In this document: positions 13,785 to 29,600 of the stretch, piece by piece
Layout of the letters: every line of letters begins with the position of its first letter
Position numbering within the stretch: position 1 is the stretch's first letter
Assembly: GCF_009914755.1 (NCBI RefSeq)
Contig: NC_060947.1
Origin: the human T2T-CHM13v2.0 reference genome, Homo sapiens
Length of the DNA: 64,000 nucleotides
Reading direction: 5' to 3' (one strand)
The notes under the pieces: generated by a model
Databases searched by the model: none
What the model saw: only the letters and a program-made list of their open reading frames with translations
Told to the model about the DNA's origin: nothing
Program-made: the position numbers and the translations under genes

Positions 13785-15484
13785 TGTGATGGCAGCAGCG
13801 GCCAAATAGAGTAGCTGCTGCAAAGGTGCTAGCTGCAGTGGGGTATGCATGACTGGGACGGCTAACTCCGCGGAGCTGGCAGGAGCTGGGAACAGGCGGG
13901 AGCTCCACCCCCTTCCAAGTGGGTGGGGCATGAGCTTTGTGCTTCTGGGTGCAACTGCAGCTGCCCAGCCACGACTGCGGACCCAGGCATCCCTGTGGTC
14001 TTGGGGGCCCAGGAAGTCTCCCTGCCCCCGCAGGCTCAGAAGGGCCTCCTCCTGCTGCCTGGCCTCTCTCCACTCCCAGCATCCACTCTGATTTTGGAGG
14101 AAAGTTGTGGCCGAGCTCGGGCTCTGTCACGACCCGGCTGGGTGTGCGCACACTCAAGGCAGCACTGACATGCCAGCCCCTTGCCGCCTCGGCCCCACTC
14201 CGTAATTGGGACACTGACAAACATGGGAGGGAGGTCAAGAGGGGGCTGAGGGCGGCTTTGTGTGAGCCTGCAGGCACCCCTTGGCACGAACAGCCTGGGC
14301 ACCATGAATGGCAGCAGTAGGCAGACAGGCTCCTGGGCAGAAAGGGGCACGTCCCTGGTGAAACCCCACCTTCAAGCCAGGGAGGGCCTGAAGCCTGGGG
14401 GCTGGGCTGCCAGTTGCACAGACCAGAGTGAGAACTTATGGTGCTTTTTCTGGGCCCGCCCATGGCCACCCGTAGACCAATCAGCACACTCTTCCTCCCC
14501 TGTGAAACCCATAAAAACCCTCAGAGTCACCCAGAATTGGACAGATGACAAGACAACCGGACTGCAGGGAGGAGCTACCCATTCAAGGTCTCCTCTCCAA
14601 TGAGGGTTGCAGAGATGTTGGGGCAATTTGCCTGCAGATAGGAGCTACCCACTTGGGATCTCCTCTCTGCCGAGGACTACACACTTGATGGGATGACCTG
14701 CTTGTGGAGAAGAGCTACCCACTGTGGGTCTCCTCTCAGCTGAGGGTTGCACAGATGCCCGGACCACATGCCTGTGGAAAGGGGATACCCACTTTGGGTC
14801 TCCTGAGAGCTGTACTGCCACTCAATAAAGCACTGCTTCACCTTGCTCACCCTCCAGTTGTCTGCATACCTCATTTTTCCTGGATATGGGACAAGAACTT
14901 GGGACCAGACAGACAAATGGCAGGACTAAAAGAGCTGTAACACAAACAGGGCTGTAACCCCCACCCCAACACCACTGGCCACATTGTGGGTGACGAGAAG
15001 GAAAGAAGTAGAGAAGAGCTGCAGTTCTTTGGGGATTGCAAACCTAGGAGCTCCCTGAGCCAGGGCTGTGAAACCTTCTTTAGGGCTCTGCATTTCCGGG
15101 CATCATCTCCAAGCTTCCAGGTGCCACCGCATTCCCCGGTTCCTGAGGCAGAAGCTACTTGTGATACACTTGGTCTAGCTACAGCCTTGCAGGGAGCCGG
15201 AGCCTGTGCCAGTGCCTGGAGCTGCCCACCCCACCACAGCCAGCGTGCCTGGCCGTGCGCGGTGGCCGGACCCCACTTTTGCTTCTTCACACACCCCTCA
15301 CCACTCTGCGCTTGGCCCAACCTTGGCAGGCATGGGATCCGGGTGGTAGCGAAAGCCGAGTGCAGCCTGTCAGGCCCACTGGGTGGAACAGGCTCAGCAG
15401 GCCCAAGCAAAACTTGGGCAAAGGTGCCACTGGCCATAGAGGTTGCTGGCTGGTGAAGCAACACCCTAAGGAACCTGGGAAACA
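13785..15484 (+). mobile_element. MER52-like ERV1 solo LTR (~1.7 kb)
   Basis: TG...CA ends, GC-rich, CCAAT ~14477, TATA-like 'cataaaaa' ~14510, AATAAA ~14824. Inserted into L1M sequence. Confidence 0.85.
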
Positions 15485-17879
15485 TGTATGGCTACATTTA
15501 TATTTTACACTCAGAATTCTAATTCATTTGGATTTTTTTTTTTTCTGTGTAGAGGGAAAAGTGTGAATCCATTTTTATCATTATCTAAATGACTGTTCAG
15601 TTGTTCCAACATGCTTTGATAAAATGTCCATATTTGTCTCTGTGATTTGAAATGACTACCTTTATCGTGTAGTAAATTTTACTATGTTCTTGGCTGTTGT
15701 ATTTTCTATTATATTCCACTGGTCTGTTATTTCTTTACCAGTATAAATAACATGGATTCAATTGCAGAAACTTTATAGTATGTTTTAAAATCTGGTGGCA
15801 CTATTCCTTTCCTGTTGCTCTTATTTTTATGGGTTGTCCTACGTGTTCATGCATATTATTTTTCACATGAACAACTCCACAATAGTTGGAGAAAAAAAAT
15901 CTTCCTGGTATTTTATTAGAGTTGCATTAAATTTATGCATAAACTAAGAGATAAGAGAGACATAACATCTTGTTGACATTGACACATCATAATCAAGAAC
16001 AAGCAATGTCATTTCATTTTTGCACATCTTCCTTTTTGTCTTCCAGGAGATGCTAATCATTTTCCTTATATAGTTTTTAAATCGTCTTCCCTTAGTATTA
16101 CGTAGATTGTCATTATTTTAAAGGCTAATTCTGACAGCTTCATTATTTGGCATCTTTGTATTGTGCATATTTTTTCTTGATTTTAGATCATTTGATCTTG
16201 AGTCCTAGTATGTTGGTTAATTTTTTACATTCAATGTAAGAAGTTACTATGTGTGATAAAATATAAAGAAAGATAACTTGAAGCTTTTGCATCTGACTTA
16301 TAATCTAGGGAGAGATCCCTTTAATTCAGACACAGTTTGGGCTTATTAGAGGCTTAATTTCAGTCTTTCAGGTGGCTGGTCCATCTTTGGTGCATTCCTA
16401 CAATACTGTAGATTACACACCTGCAAAGTAGATTATTTTACTAAGGCCAAACATCTTGACTGACTAGTCCTAAACTCCAATGTCTGTCCGTCTCCTTTGC
16501 TTCATAAGAATGCTGAAAGCTCTGCTCATATTCTTAGCTTTCTGGCCATCACTTGTGAACTTACAAATGCCTATGGAGGAATAATTAATAGTGCCAAATG
16601 TTGGACTCATTTCTTTGTGTTTCTCTTTTCTCTGGGATTTTGAGCCTTCAGATTCTAACTTTATTTATGACTTTCAGTTGCCTTCAAAAAGATTTTTTTT
16701 CAAAACACCATTGCTTTTTGAAATACGTGTAGTTTCACAGGATGTTACCAAAATAGTACAGAGAGGTACAGTATGCCCTTCACCCAATTTTCTGCAACAT
16801 CTACATTTTACATAGTTAAATGACAAAATCAAAATCAGGATATGAACGTTGGTAAAAGACGTGTGCATAGTTCTTATACCATTGTGTCCAGTGTGTATAT
16901 GCATGAAATACCATTGCAATCAAAATACAGAGTTCCATATTTTAAAGAAACTACCTTAAGTACCTTATTTGGCTTTTCCATTGGTTCTTAGAAGTAAGGT
17001 TGATCTAATCCCAGCTGTATCATCATGGGCCAAAGCAGATCTTCTAAAATTAGCTTTATAATTTTTATTTTTTGTATTTTATATTAGGAAATTTTCTGAC
17101 ATTTTTCTAACTCTGAGATGATGTATATTGTGTAAAAGTTTAAGATGGAGTTTGAATAATTCTCTTTTGCTTCCCTATAGTGCCTAGTGGGGAGCCGGAT
17201 AAGTAGTAGGAAGGAAAAACATAATTATTTAATGATATTTAACAGTAAGCTTCTTTCTGTAGTCATAGCTACAAAAAATGTCTTTATGGCACTGCATGTA
17301 AGCTGTAATCATCATTTCTAGTTTACCTACACAGCAGAAATGTAGTTTAACTTACTGTGTTGGTAGATTCAAGCCAATGAATCATGATTGGCTTGTTCTT
17401 CAACAATTTTATATCTCCATATACACACACCTAAAGGGTTTCAAAATGTTTCTAAAACCACCAAATTTAAGTCACATTGTGGACTAAGCTCCTGTATCAC
17501 TGTGGAAAAACTTAAATTTCATCATGTGAGCATTTACTGGTGAATACATATTAGTGGCTACTCAGCAGAGCAGTGCTGCTTATTGAAACATACTTTAGGA
17601 AACACATGGTGTTATAAGTGCACATAATGGTTAAAATGTGAAAAGTAATATTTCAGGTGGAAAATGTCACCAATAGCCATGTGGTTAGTCCAGGGAACCA
17701 GTTTGTTAGAATTGTCTAGCTATAAGAATATTTATTAGAGTTTAATTCCATGACTTTGTATAATGGAAGGGAAGATAGAAGGAGGGGGAAGGCAGAAAGA
17801 AATTAGAAAAAGCACAGGGTAAGAAAATCAGTTCAAAGGCATATTATATAATGTACCAAGTCTTGGGCTTTCACATATT

Positions 17880-18300
17880 TTTAAATGGGATTATCAAATA
17901 AAGAGAAATCTGGACTTAGATAAGAAGAAGCTTTATTCAGAAGAAAGACTATTGCAATAGGAATAATACTCTGATGTTAGAAATCTGCACGTGTCCCAAA
18001 AGCAAATAATTAATAGAAAAGGATTTTATTTTATAGAGAGGGGTAAGCAATAATTATGGGGAAGTCAGGCAAATGAGAGGAAATAATCAGAGGGGTCTGA
18101 CAGGGAGTGTGTTCTACTGTAGTCAACTGCTCTCGGGATAATCTGATTGATTAAGGGAATATTTTCAGCCTTTTAGAGTTTTCTCAGGCTGAGAGCAAGC
18201 AGAGTTCAGGAGCCTGTAAGGAAAATAGAAGCCTGACTAAAGTTTGGTCAAGACAAAGCAGAAGGTAAGCAATTGAAAATTGTGGCCACCTGGTCAACAG
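17880..18300 (-). mobile_element. Degenerate ERV LTR, family uncertain
   Basis: 'gctttattcagaagaaagactattgcaatagg' resembles the antisense LTR poly(A) region. Confidence 0.35.
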
Positions 18301-19511
18301 CCAACAGTACACAAGGATGCTCTGTTACTAAAGGCTTTCTAGTGGACAATAAATGGCCTCTTGTTAGTTATGCTATGGAAGAAAGTTATTTATTTTTAAT
18401 ATAGTGATAATTTTACCTAGGTGACTTCAAAAATTTATTCTAACTTGAAGAACAATTTGTTTTATGATTCAGTAAGGGTTAGTATTTCTACAAAAAAAGA
18501 CAAAGAGTTTGCCTTAATGTACATTCCCGGACAATAAGATTTGCTCCATCATCTAATCATTTTATATAGCACCTTTCAATAAAATTTAGTAAAATTCTTT
18601 AAAAGCAAGCTTTGCAACCATCATTTTATAGATTTTGTAAATGACTTATTCAGAGTTAGGCATTTCAGAATATTTATTATTTCAGACTGAACAGAATTGC
18701 TGTCTGTAGGATATATACTTCTTCCCTAGGAATGCAATAATAATAGTGTGGAAAAGATGTGCAGTAGTAACATTTAGATAGGTATCATGGGAAAAGTGAA
18801 GCTTAAAATTTACCCAGTGAAGAAAAAAAGAGAAAAGGTTTTGGTTAAATCTTATCAGACTCACCACTAGTCCATCAATTCAGTCAGCTTGGGAGTGATG
18901 TTACTTTTCAAGCTCTCATGAAAAGACTTCCTGATTTGTAAAGGAGGCAAATTTATTTATGTAAATTGTCTATTTGGCAGTACTTCTGCTTCTTTTAGTG
19001 TTTAGTCCCACCTCTGATAAGACAGGTCTAATTTCATTTCCATTAAAATGCAATGAAAGCACATTTATGAATTTAATAATTTCTTGCCTGAGTTTGATAG
19101 GAGCATTAAAGTTGTTAGCTATGGACTGTTGTTAATAAATATTGCTTTTTTAATTTAATTAAAGTAGACTAAGAGTTACTGGCCAATAATTTTTTTCTAT
19201 AGATTATGAAAAAAAAAAAAAGAATTGGTAAAAGAAATAGCAATTTGCCCAAGGGTTTGTTTAATTGGACATTCCTGCTTATCTCATTGTCAAATTATTT
19301 TTAAACCTAAGCCTTTCTATATAATTTAAATGTTGCTTTACTTTGTTTTGCATAGCTTATTCATCTTCCTAAAAGGAACGTGAAGAAAATATGAATTTAG
19401 GCCTTGTAACACAGCTTGGAAAGAGAAAACTGACATTAAGAATTTTATTTTAATTTTTCTTTCAGAAGTCTTTCTTAAACACTTTTTTTGCTCATAATTT
19501 TTTACACTTTT

Positions 19512-19596
19512 ATATGAACTGCCTATGTAAATATCAATTAATATGAACTGCCTATGTAAATATCAATTTATATGAACTGCCTATGTAAATATCAAT
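19512..19596. repeat. 29-bp x3 tandem repeat
   Basis: atatgaactgcctatgtaaatatcaat(ta/tt) starting at 19512, 19541 and 19570. Confidence 0.95.
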
Positions 19597-20174
19597 GTTT
19601 CTGATAACTTAGTATGCCTCCAGGGTCCATAGCCTTCCTGATGAAGTAGTATTTAGCTGAAGCTTTTTTGCATAATCTGCCTAGTAAACAACTATTTGTT
19701 CTTCAACAAAAAAAAGGAAAATATATGCGAAAATTAGAAAAAAAATAAAGAAATACAAAAGGACTTAAAGATTATGAGAATCACTGGTAACAGAACTGAT
19801 TTTGATTTCCTGTTCCTGCCTAAATTAAGTTTCTGACTCATCGTTGTTCTGCAAAAAATGAATTTACCTTTTTTTATCACTTAAAATCACGATTAAATTG
19901 ATAGATCAGATGAGATAAACAAGTTTTGTGGTATAAAGAGGTGTATCTTTTGGGGCAAAATACTGAGAAAATTTATATACAAACCAGAAACAGTGGGTTG
20001 CATGAATTTAAAGTGCTAAAACAATATGTCTGCAACTTAGAGTTTCTTAGGCATAATTACTTAAAATATATAAATCCTGAATTTACAGTTTCTTAATTTC
20101 CTTGACAGAATACTGCCACACCTCTTAGTCAAGTCTAGCACATACCATATTTAATGGTCAACAATGAAGTGTGG

Positions 20175-20358
20175 ATTGCATGTAACAAACCTGTACATGT
20201 ACCCCTTGAATCCAAATTAGAATAAAATCGAGTTAAAAAAATACAATTAAAAATAATACAACTATTTACATGACATTTACATCTAATAGGTATTATAAGT
20301 AATTCTAGAGATGTTTTAAAGTAAAGTAGTGTGTACAGGAGGATGTGGCTCAGTTATG
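20175..20358 (+). mobile_element. Short L1P 3' tail followed by a Tigger-family fragment
   Basis: 'gtaacaaacctgtacatgtacccc' then 'aactatttacatgacatttac...ggtattataagtaattctagagatg'. Confidence 0.6.
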
Positions 20359-20680
20359 TGAAATTAAATAATTCAGATTTAAAGTTGTTGGAATTTAAAT
20401 TATTCTGAACCTTCAGAGGAATGTGGCAATGTAGCCTGAGTCACTTGGCATGCAGCTGCAACTTCTGTAAATAATTAGGAAGACCAAGTGGCCCAATCAA
20501 ATCATTGTAACTGGTCTTGTATGGAAAATATAATCCTGCTAAACATTTCTGTCTCTGTATAACTGATAAATACCTTAACCTCTCTAACTTGTAACACTGA
20601 CCTCATTCATTTGGAGTCTGTGTTTCCTGGGTGTCTGTCCTCAAGCTTTGCAACTCAAATAAATAAGCTATATGCATAAA
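20359..20680 (+). mobile_element. ERV1 LTR (MER57-like, uncertain)
   Basis: 'ttaaagttgttggaatttaaattattctgaacc...gcctgagtcac...gcagctgcaacttctg...ctcaaataaa'. Confidence 0.55.
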
Positions 20681-21571
20681 ATAAAAAAAAATAAAGGAAT
20701 ATGGATGCGAATGTAAAATATCATCTGGTATCAAACAATTCTGAATGCCTAAATATGACTGGAACTTCTTCCAGTTTAATTGAAATATTTTGGATCTATT
20801 AATAAATGTGTAAACTTGCTTCCCTTTTTTATTATTTGATATATTCAACTTTAAGCTAAAGGGATATTCTAACCTATTTCTAAATACAATCTAAATTTAC
20901 CATGCTTTTCAAAATTCCTATCAGTGTTACGTGCAGATCTTGGCAATATTTCGCATGTGGGATAGAAATCTATTTTTTAATCAAAATATATTTTTACTGT
21001 GATTACAGTCATGATATAAAATGAAATAAATTCAATAGCTAATAGAAAATATTTGAAACATACATGTGTATGTATGTTAAAATTCATACCAAATTAAGAA
21101 AGAAGAAAACATTATTAATTTGATAAATGTATCAAAACCATAAACCTAGAAAAAAAATTATACTTAATCGTAAATATTAATAATTTATCTAAAATCGGAA
21201 ATAACACAGTGTTATTTTACTAGAAGATCTAACCATTGCATTAAGATAAGAAAGGAAGAGATATAAATATTGAAAAGATTGATACAAAACTGAGAATGAG
21301 AAGACTTTGAGGCAACATGGCTGAATAGGAACAGCTCCGGTCTACAGCTCCCAGCGTGAGCGACGCAGAAGACGGGTGATTTCTGCATTTCCATCTGAGG
21401 TACTGGGTTCATCTCACTAGGGAGTGCCAGACAGTGGGCACAGGACAGTGGGTGCAGCGCACCGTGCGCGAGCCGAAGCAGGGCAAGGCATTACCTCACT
21501 CGGGAAGCGCAAGGGGTCAGGGAGTTCCCTTTCCTAGTCAAAGAAAGGGGTGACAGATGGCACGTGGAAAA

Positions 21572-21754
21572 TCAGGTCACTCCCACCCTAATACTGCGCT
21601 TTTCCGACGGCCTTAAAAAACAGCGCACCAGGAGAGTATATCCTGCACCTGGCTCAGAGGGTCCTACACCCACGGAGTCTCGCTGATTGCTAGCACAGCA
21701 GTCTGAGATCAAACTGCAAGGTGGCAGTGAGGCTGGGGGAGGGGCACCCGCCAT
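21572..21754 (-). pseudogene. L1 ORF0 (antisense), truncated at 60 aa
   Basis: MAGAPPPASLPPCSLISDCCASNQRDSVGVGPSEPG...IRVGVT* with a premature TGA. Confidence 0.85.
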
Positions 21755-22349
21755 TGCCCAGGCTTGCTTAGGTAAACAAAGCAGCCAGGAAGCTCGAACT
21801 GGGTGGAGCCCACCACAGCTCAAGGAGGCCTGCCTGCCTGCCTCTGTAGGCTCCACCTCTGGGGGCAGGGTACAAACAAACGAAAAGACAGCAGTAACCT
21901 CTGCAGACTTAAATGTCCCTGTGTGACAGCTTTGAAGAGAGCAGTGGTTCTCCCAGCACGCAGCTTGAGATCTGAGAACGGGCAGACTGCCTCCTCAAGT
22001 GAGTCCCTGACCCCTGACCCCCAAGCAGCCTAACTAACTGGGAGGCACCCCCCAGTAGGGGCAGACTGACACATCACATGGCCGGGTACTCCTCTGAGAC
22101 AAAACTTCCAGAGGAACGATCAGACAGCAGCATTCATGGTTCACAAAAATCCGCTATTCTGCAGCCACTGCTGCCGATACCCAGGCAAACAGGGTCTGTA
22201 GTGGACCTCTAGCAAACTCCAACAGACCTGCAGCTGAGGGTCCTGTCTGTTTGTTAGAAGGAAAACTAACAAACAGAAAGGACATCCACACCAAAAACCC
22301 ATCTGTACATCACCATCATCAAAGACCAAAAGTAGATAAAACCACAAAG

Positions 22350-23364
22350 ATGGGGAAAAAACAGAGCAGAAAAACTGGAAACTCTAAAAAGCAGAGCGCC
22401 TCTCCTCCTCCAAAGGAACATAGTTCCTCACCAGCAACAGAACAAAGCTAGACGGAGAATGACTTTGACGAGTTGAGAGAAGAAGGCTTCAGATGATGAA
22501 ACTACTCCGAGCTACAGGAGGAAATTCAAACCAAAGGCAAAGAAGTTAAAAACTTCTTTGAAAAAAATTTAGGCGAATGTATAACTAGAATAACCAATAC
22601 AGAGAAGTGCTTAAAGGAGCTGATGGAGCTGAAAGCCAAGGCTCAAAAACTACGTGAAGAATGCAGAAGCCTCAGGAGCCAATGCGATCAACTGGAAGAA
22701 AGGGTATCAGTGATGGAAGATGAATGAAATGAAGCGAGAAGGGAAGTTTAGAGAAAAAAGAATAAAAAGAAACGAACAAAGCCTCCAAGAAATATGGGAC
22801 CATGCGAAAAGACCAAATCTACGTCTGAATGGTGTACCTGAAAGTGATGGGGAGAATGGAACCAAGTTGGAAAACACTCCGCAGGATATTATCCAGGAGA
22901 ACTTCCCCAATCTAGCAAGGCAGGCCAACGTTCAGATTCAGGAAATACAGAGAATGCCACAAAGATACTCCTCGAGAAGAGCAACTCCAAGACACATAAT
23001 TGTCAGATTCACCAAAGTTGAAATGAAGGAAAAAATGTTAAGGGCAGCCAGAGAGAAAGGTCGGGTTACCCTCAAAGGGAAGCCCATCAGACTAACAGCG
23101 GATCTCTCGGCAGAAACCCTACAAGCCAGAAGAGAGTGGGGGCCAATATTCAACATTCTTAAAGAAAAGAATTTTCAACCCAGAATTTCCTATCCAGCCA
23201 AACTAAGCTTCATAAGTGAAGGAGAAATAAAATACTTTACAGACAAGCAAATGCTGAGAGATTTTGTCACCACCAGGCCTGCCTTACAAGAGCTCCTGAA
23301 GGAAGCACTAAACATGGAAAGGAACAACCGGTACCAGCCACTGCAAAATTATGCCAAATTGTAA
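22350..23364 (+). pseudogene. L1 ORF1p, disrupted
   Basis: MGKKQSRKTGNSK..., stop at 22449-22451, further stops and indels; C-terminal 214 aa open (REKG, YPAKLS motifs). Confidence 0.95.
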
Positions 23365-23400
23365 AGACCCTCAACAATACGAAGAAACTGCATCAACTAA

Positions 23401-27258
<3,858 letters not shown>

Positions 27259-27478
27259 ACAATGAGAACACATGGACACAGGAAGGGGAACATCACACTC
27301 TGGGGACCGTTGTGGGGTTGGGGGAGGGGGGAGGGATAGCATTAGGAGATATACCTAATGCTAAATGATGAGTTAATGGGTGCAGTACACCAGCATGGCA
27401 CATGTATACATATGTAACCTGCACATTGTGCACATGTACCCTAAAACTTAAATAATAATAAAAAAAAGACAAAAAAAA

Positions 27479-27587
27479 TGGATTACCCCTCCTAAAGTAT
27501 ATATCAAATATTGAGTCACAGTTACACCTGCTTTGGGTGTAATTTGAAAGAAAATTAAAAACTTCATTTCCCATTTAAAAAAAAAAA
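27479..27587 (+). other. L1 3' transduced unique sequence with its own poly(A) signal and tail
   Basis: ~100 bp of non-L1 sequence after the L1 tail, ATTAAA 27554-27559, A11 27577-27587, then TSD aagactttgaggc (also at 21301-21313). Confidence 0.9.
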
Positions 27588-28033
27588 GACTTTGAGGCCA
27601 TTGTGATGAAATAAATGTATTTTACATGGGTGAAGAGCATGAATTTGGGGGGCCGGAGGGTAGAATGTTGTGGTTTGAATGTGTCCCCCAAAAAGCATGT
27701 GTTGGAAACTTAATCATCTGTGCAACACTGTTGGGAGGTTGGGCCTAATGAAAAGTCATTAGGCAATGAATGTAGAATGAATGGATTACAGCCATTATCA
27801 CAAGTGTGAGTTTATTATCTCAGTTGTGGGTTGACTATGAAAGGGGGAGTTCACCTTGTTTTACTTTCTCTCTCTCTCTCACGCTCTCGTTTCCTTCTAA
27901 CTTCCACCATGAGATGGCACAGCAAGAAGGTCCTCATTAGATGCTGGCACCTTGATCTTGAACTACCCAGCCTCCAGAACTGTGAGAAATAAATTTGTTC
28001 TTTATAACTTAAAAAAAAAAAAAAAAAAAAAAA
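27586..28033 (+). mobile_element. MST-int 3' end plus MST LTR (U3-R only) ending in poly(A)
   Basis: PPT-like 'ggggggccggagggtagaa', LTR from 27666, AATAAA 27988-27993, A23 28011-28033, no U5, TSD aaaactgagaatg (also at 21286-21298). Confidence 0.9.
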
Positions 28034-28587
28034 CAAAAACTGAGAATGCTTTCCAATGATTTGATTGATCTGATGATAAAAATTTGCTATCATATTAGAA
28101 AGAATTTGCCAATGCAATCTGCAATACCTAAATAATAATATGTACTGAGAAAAATAAAGACGTATATCAAAAAGTATTCAAGAACTATAATTTCATTTTG
28201 GAGTAAACTTAAACAAATTTGGGAAAACGCTACAAAGAAAGTTGTGAAATTTATTGACAGATTTAAACAACGTTCTGAAGACCATTTTCCTTTCAATCTA
28301 AAAGTTCACGAGTTTATTCAAGTTCTGAAAATTTATTTATATTAATTCAATAATTTTGTCGTTTTCATTTTCTTTCTTCACTCTTCTTTAATTCCTGATA
28401 AACATTGTGCTTATAGAATTGAACCCCTATGTTACTTATTGTTGCTTTCATATTTTTCCTCTTTTTTTCCTCTCAAGGTAAATATATGTATTTCTTCAGT
28501 GTTATTTTCTAGCCATTCTATTGATTTACTTTTGTATGACGATTATGCTTTATTGTCTGGTGCTTTTAAATAACAATTTCATTTTCT

Positions 28588-28887
28588 TTTCTTTTCTTTT
28601 TTTTGAGACAGAGTGAGTTTCGCTCTGTCACCCAGGCTGGAGTGCAGTGGCACCATCTCGGCTCACTGCAACCTCTGCCTCCTGGGTTCAACCAATTCTC
28701 CTGCCTCAACATCTTTAGCTGAGATTACAGGTGCCCGCCCCCAGGCCCCACTAGTTTTTGTATTTTTAGTAGAGATGGGGTTTCACCATGTAGGCCAGGC
28801 TGGTCTTGAACTCCTGACCTCAAGTGATCTGCCCGCCTCGGCCTCCCAAAGTGCTGGGATTACGGGCATAAGCCACCACGCCCGGCC
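28588..28887 (-). mobile_element. AluS SINE
   Basis: Full dimer; 15-bp TSD acaatttca(t/c)tttct at 28573-28587 and 28888-28902. Confidence 0.97.
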
Positions 28888-28904
28888 ACAATTTCACTTT
28901 CTAA

Positions 28905-29600
28905 TTAAGGTTTTTATTTTGAGATAATTTTAGATTCCCATGGCAATTGTAAGAAATAATAGAAATACCATGCACCTCTTACCAAATTATGCCAATGATA
29001 AAATCTTACAAAACTATAATATAAATTATAACTGAGATGTTGAAATTAATACAGTCAAGATATAGAACATTTCCATCACCACAAAGATCCCTCATGTTAT
29101 CCCTATTGAGTCAAACTCACTTTCTTCCCACTCCACTTTCTCCCTAACCCCTGGTAACCATTAATCTGTTCTCCATGTCTACAATTTTATAATTTCAAGA
29201 ATTTCATACAAGTGGAATTACACAGCATGTATTTGGTTTGTTTACTCCGCATAGTTTTCTGGAGATTCATACAGGTGGTTGCATGTATCATTGGTTCATT
29301 CGTTTTTATTGTTGAGCAGTATCCCATGGTACAGATAAGTTATGCCACAGTTTGTTTATTCACTCATTGAAAGATATCTGAGTTGTTTCTAATTTGCGGC
29401 TACTATTATAAACACCTTACGTACCAGTGTCTGTGTAAATATTTTTTCCCTCTGGTATAAATGCCTCTGGTATAAATGGAGGGAAATAGCTGAATTTTAT
29501 TGTACTTGAATGCTTAATTTTTTGAGAAATGATCAAACTGTTTTCTAGAATGGCTGTACCGTTTTATGTTCCCACCAGCAATATATTATGTTCTCATATT
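28905..29600 (-). mobile_element. L1MC-type 3' fragment
   Basis: 'tagattcccatggcaattgtaagaaataat...aacatttccatcaccacaaagatccctc'. Confidence 0.7.

Noticed and set aside
14571-14815. CRISPR-like repeat/spacer pattern
   Set aside because: The 'spacers' are homologous to each other, the array lies in an LTR in eukaryotic DNA, and there are no cas genes.
13725-15566. Many overlapping 100-236 aa ORFs
   Set aside because: By-product of a GC-rich LTR; no recognisable domains; present on both strands.
19512-19596. CRISPR-sized 29-bp direct repeats
   Set aside because: Head-to-tail with no spacers; a simple tandem repeat.
29449-29478. 15-bp tandem duplication cctctggtataaatg
   Set aside because: Ordinary slippage within an old L1; no further structure.
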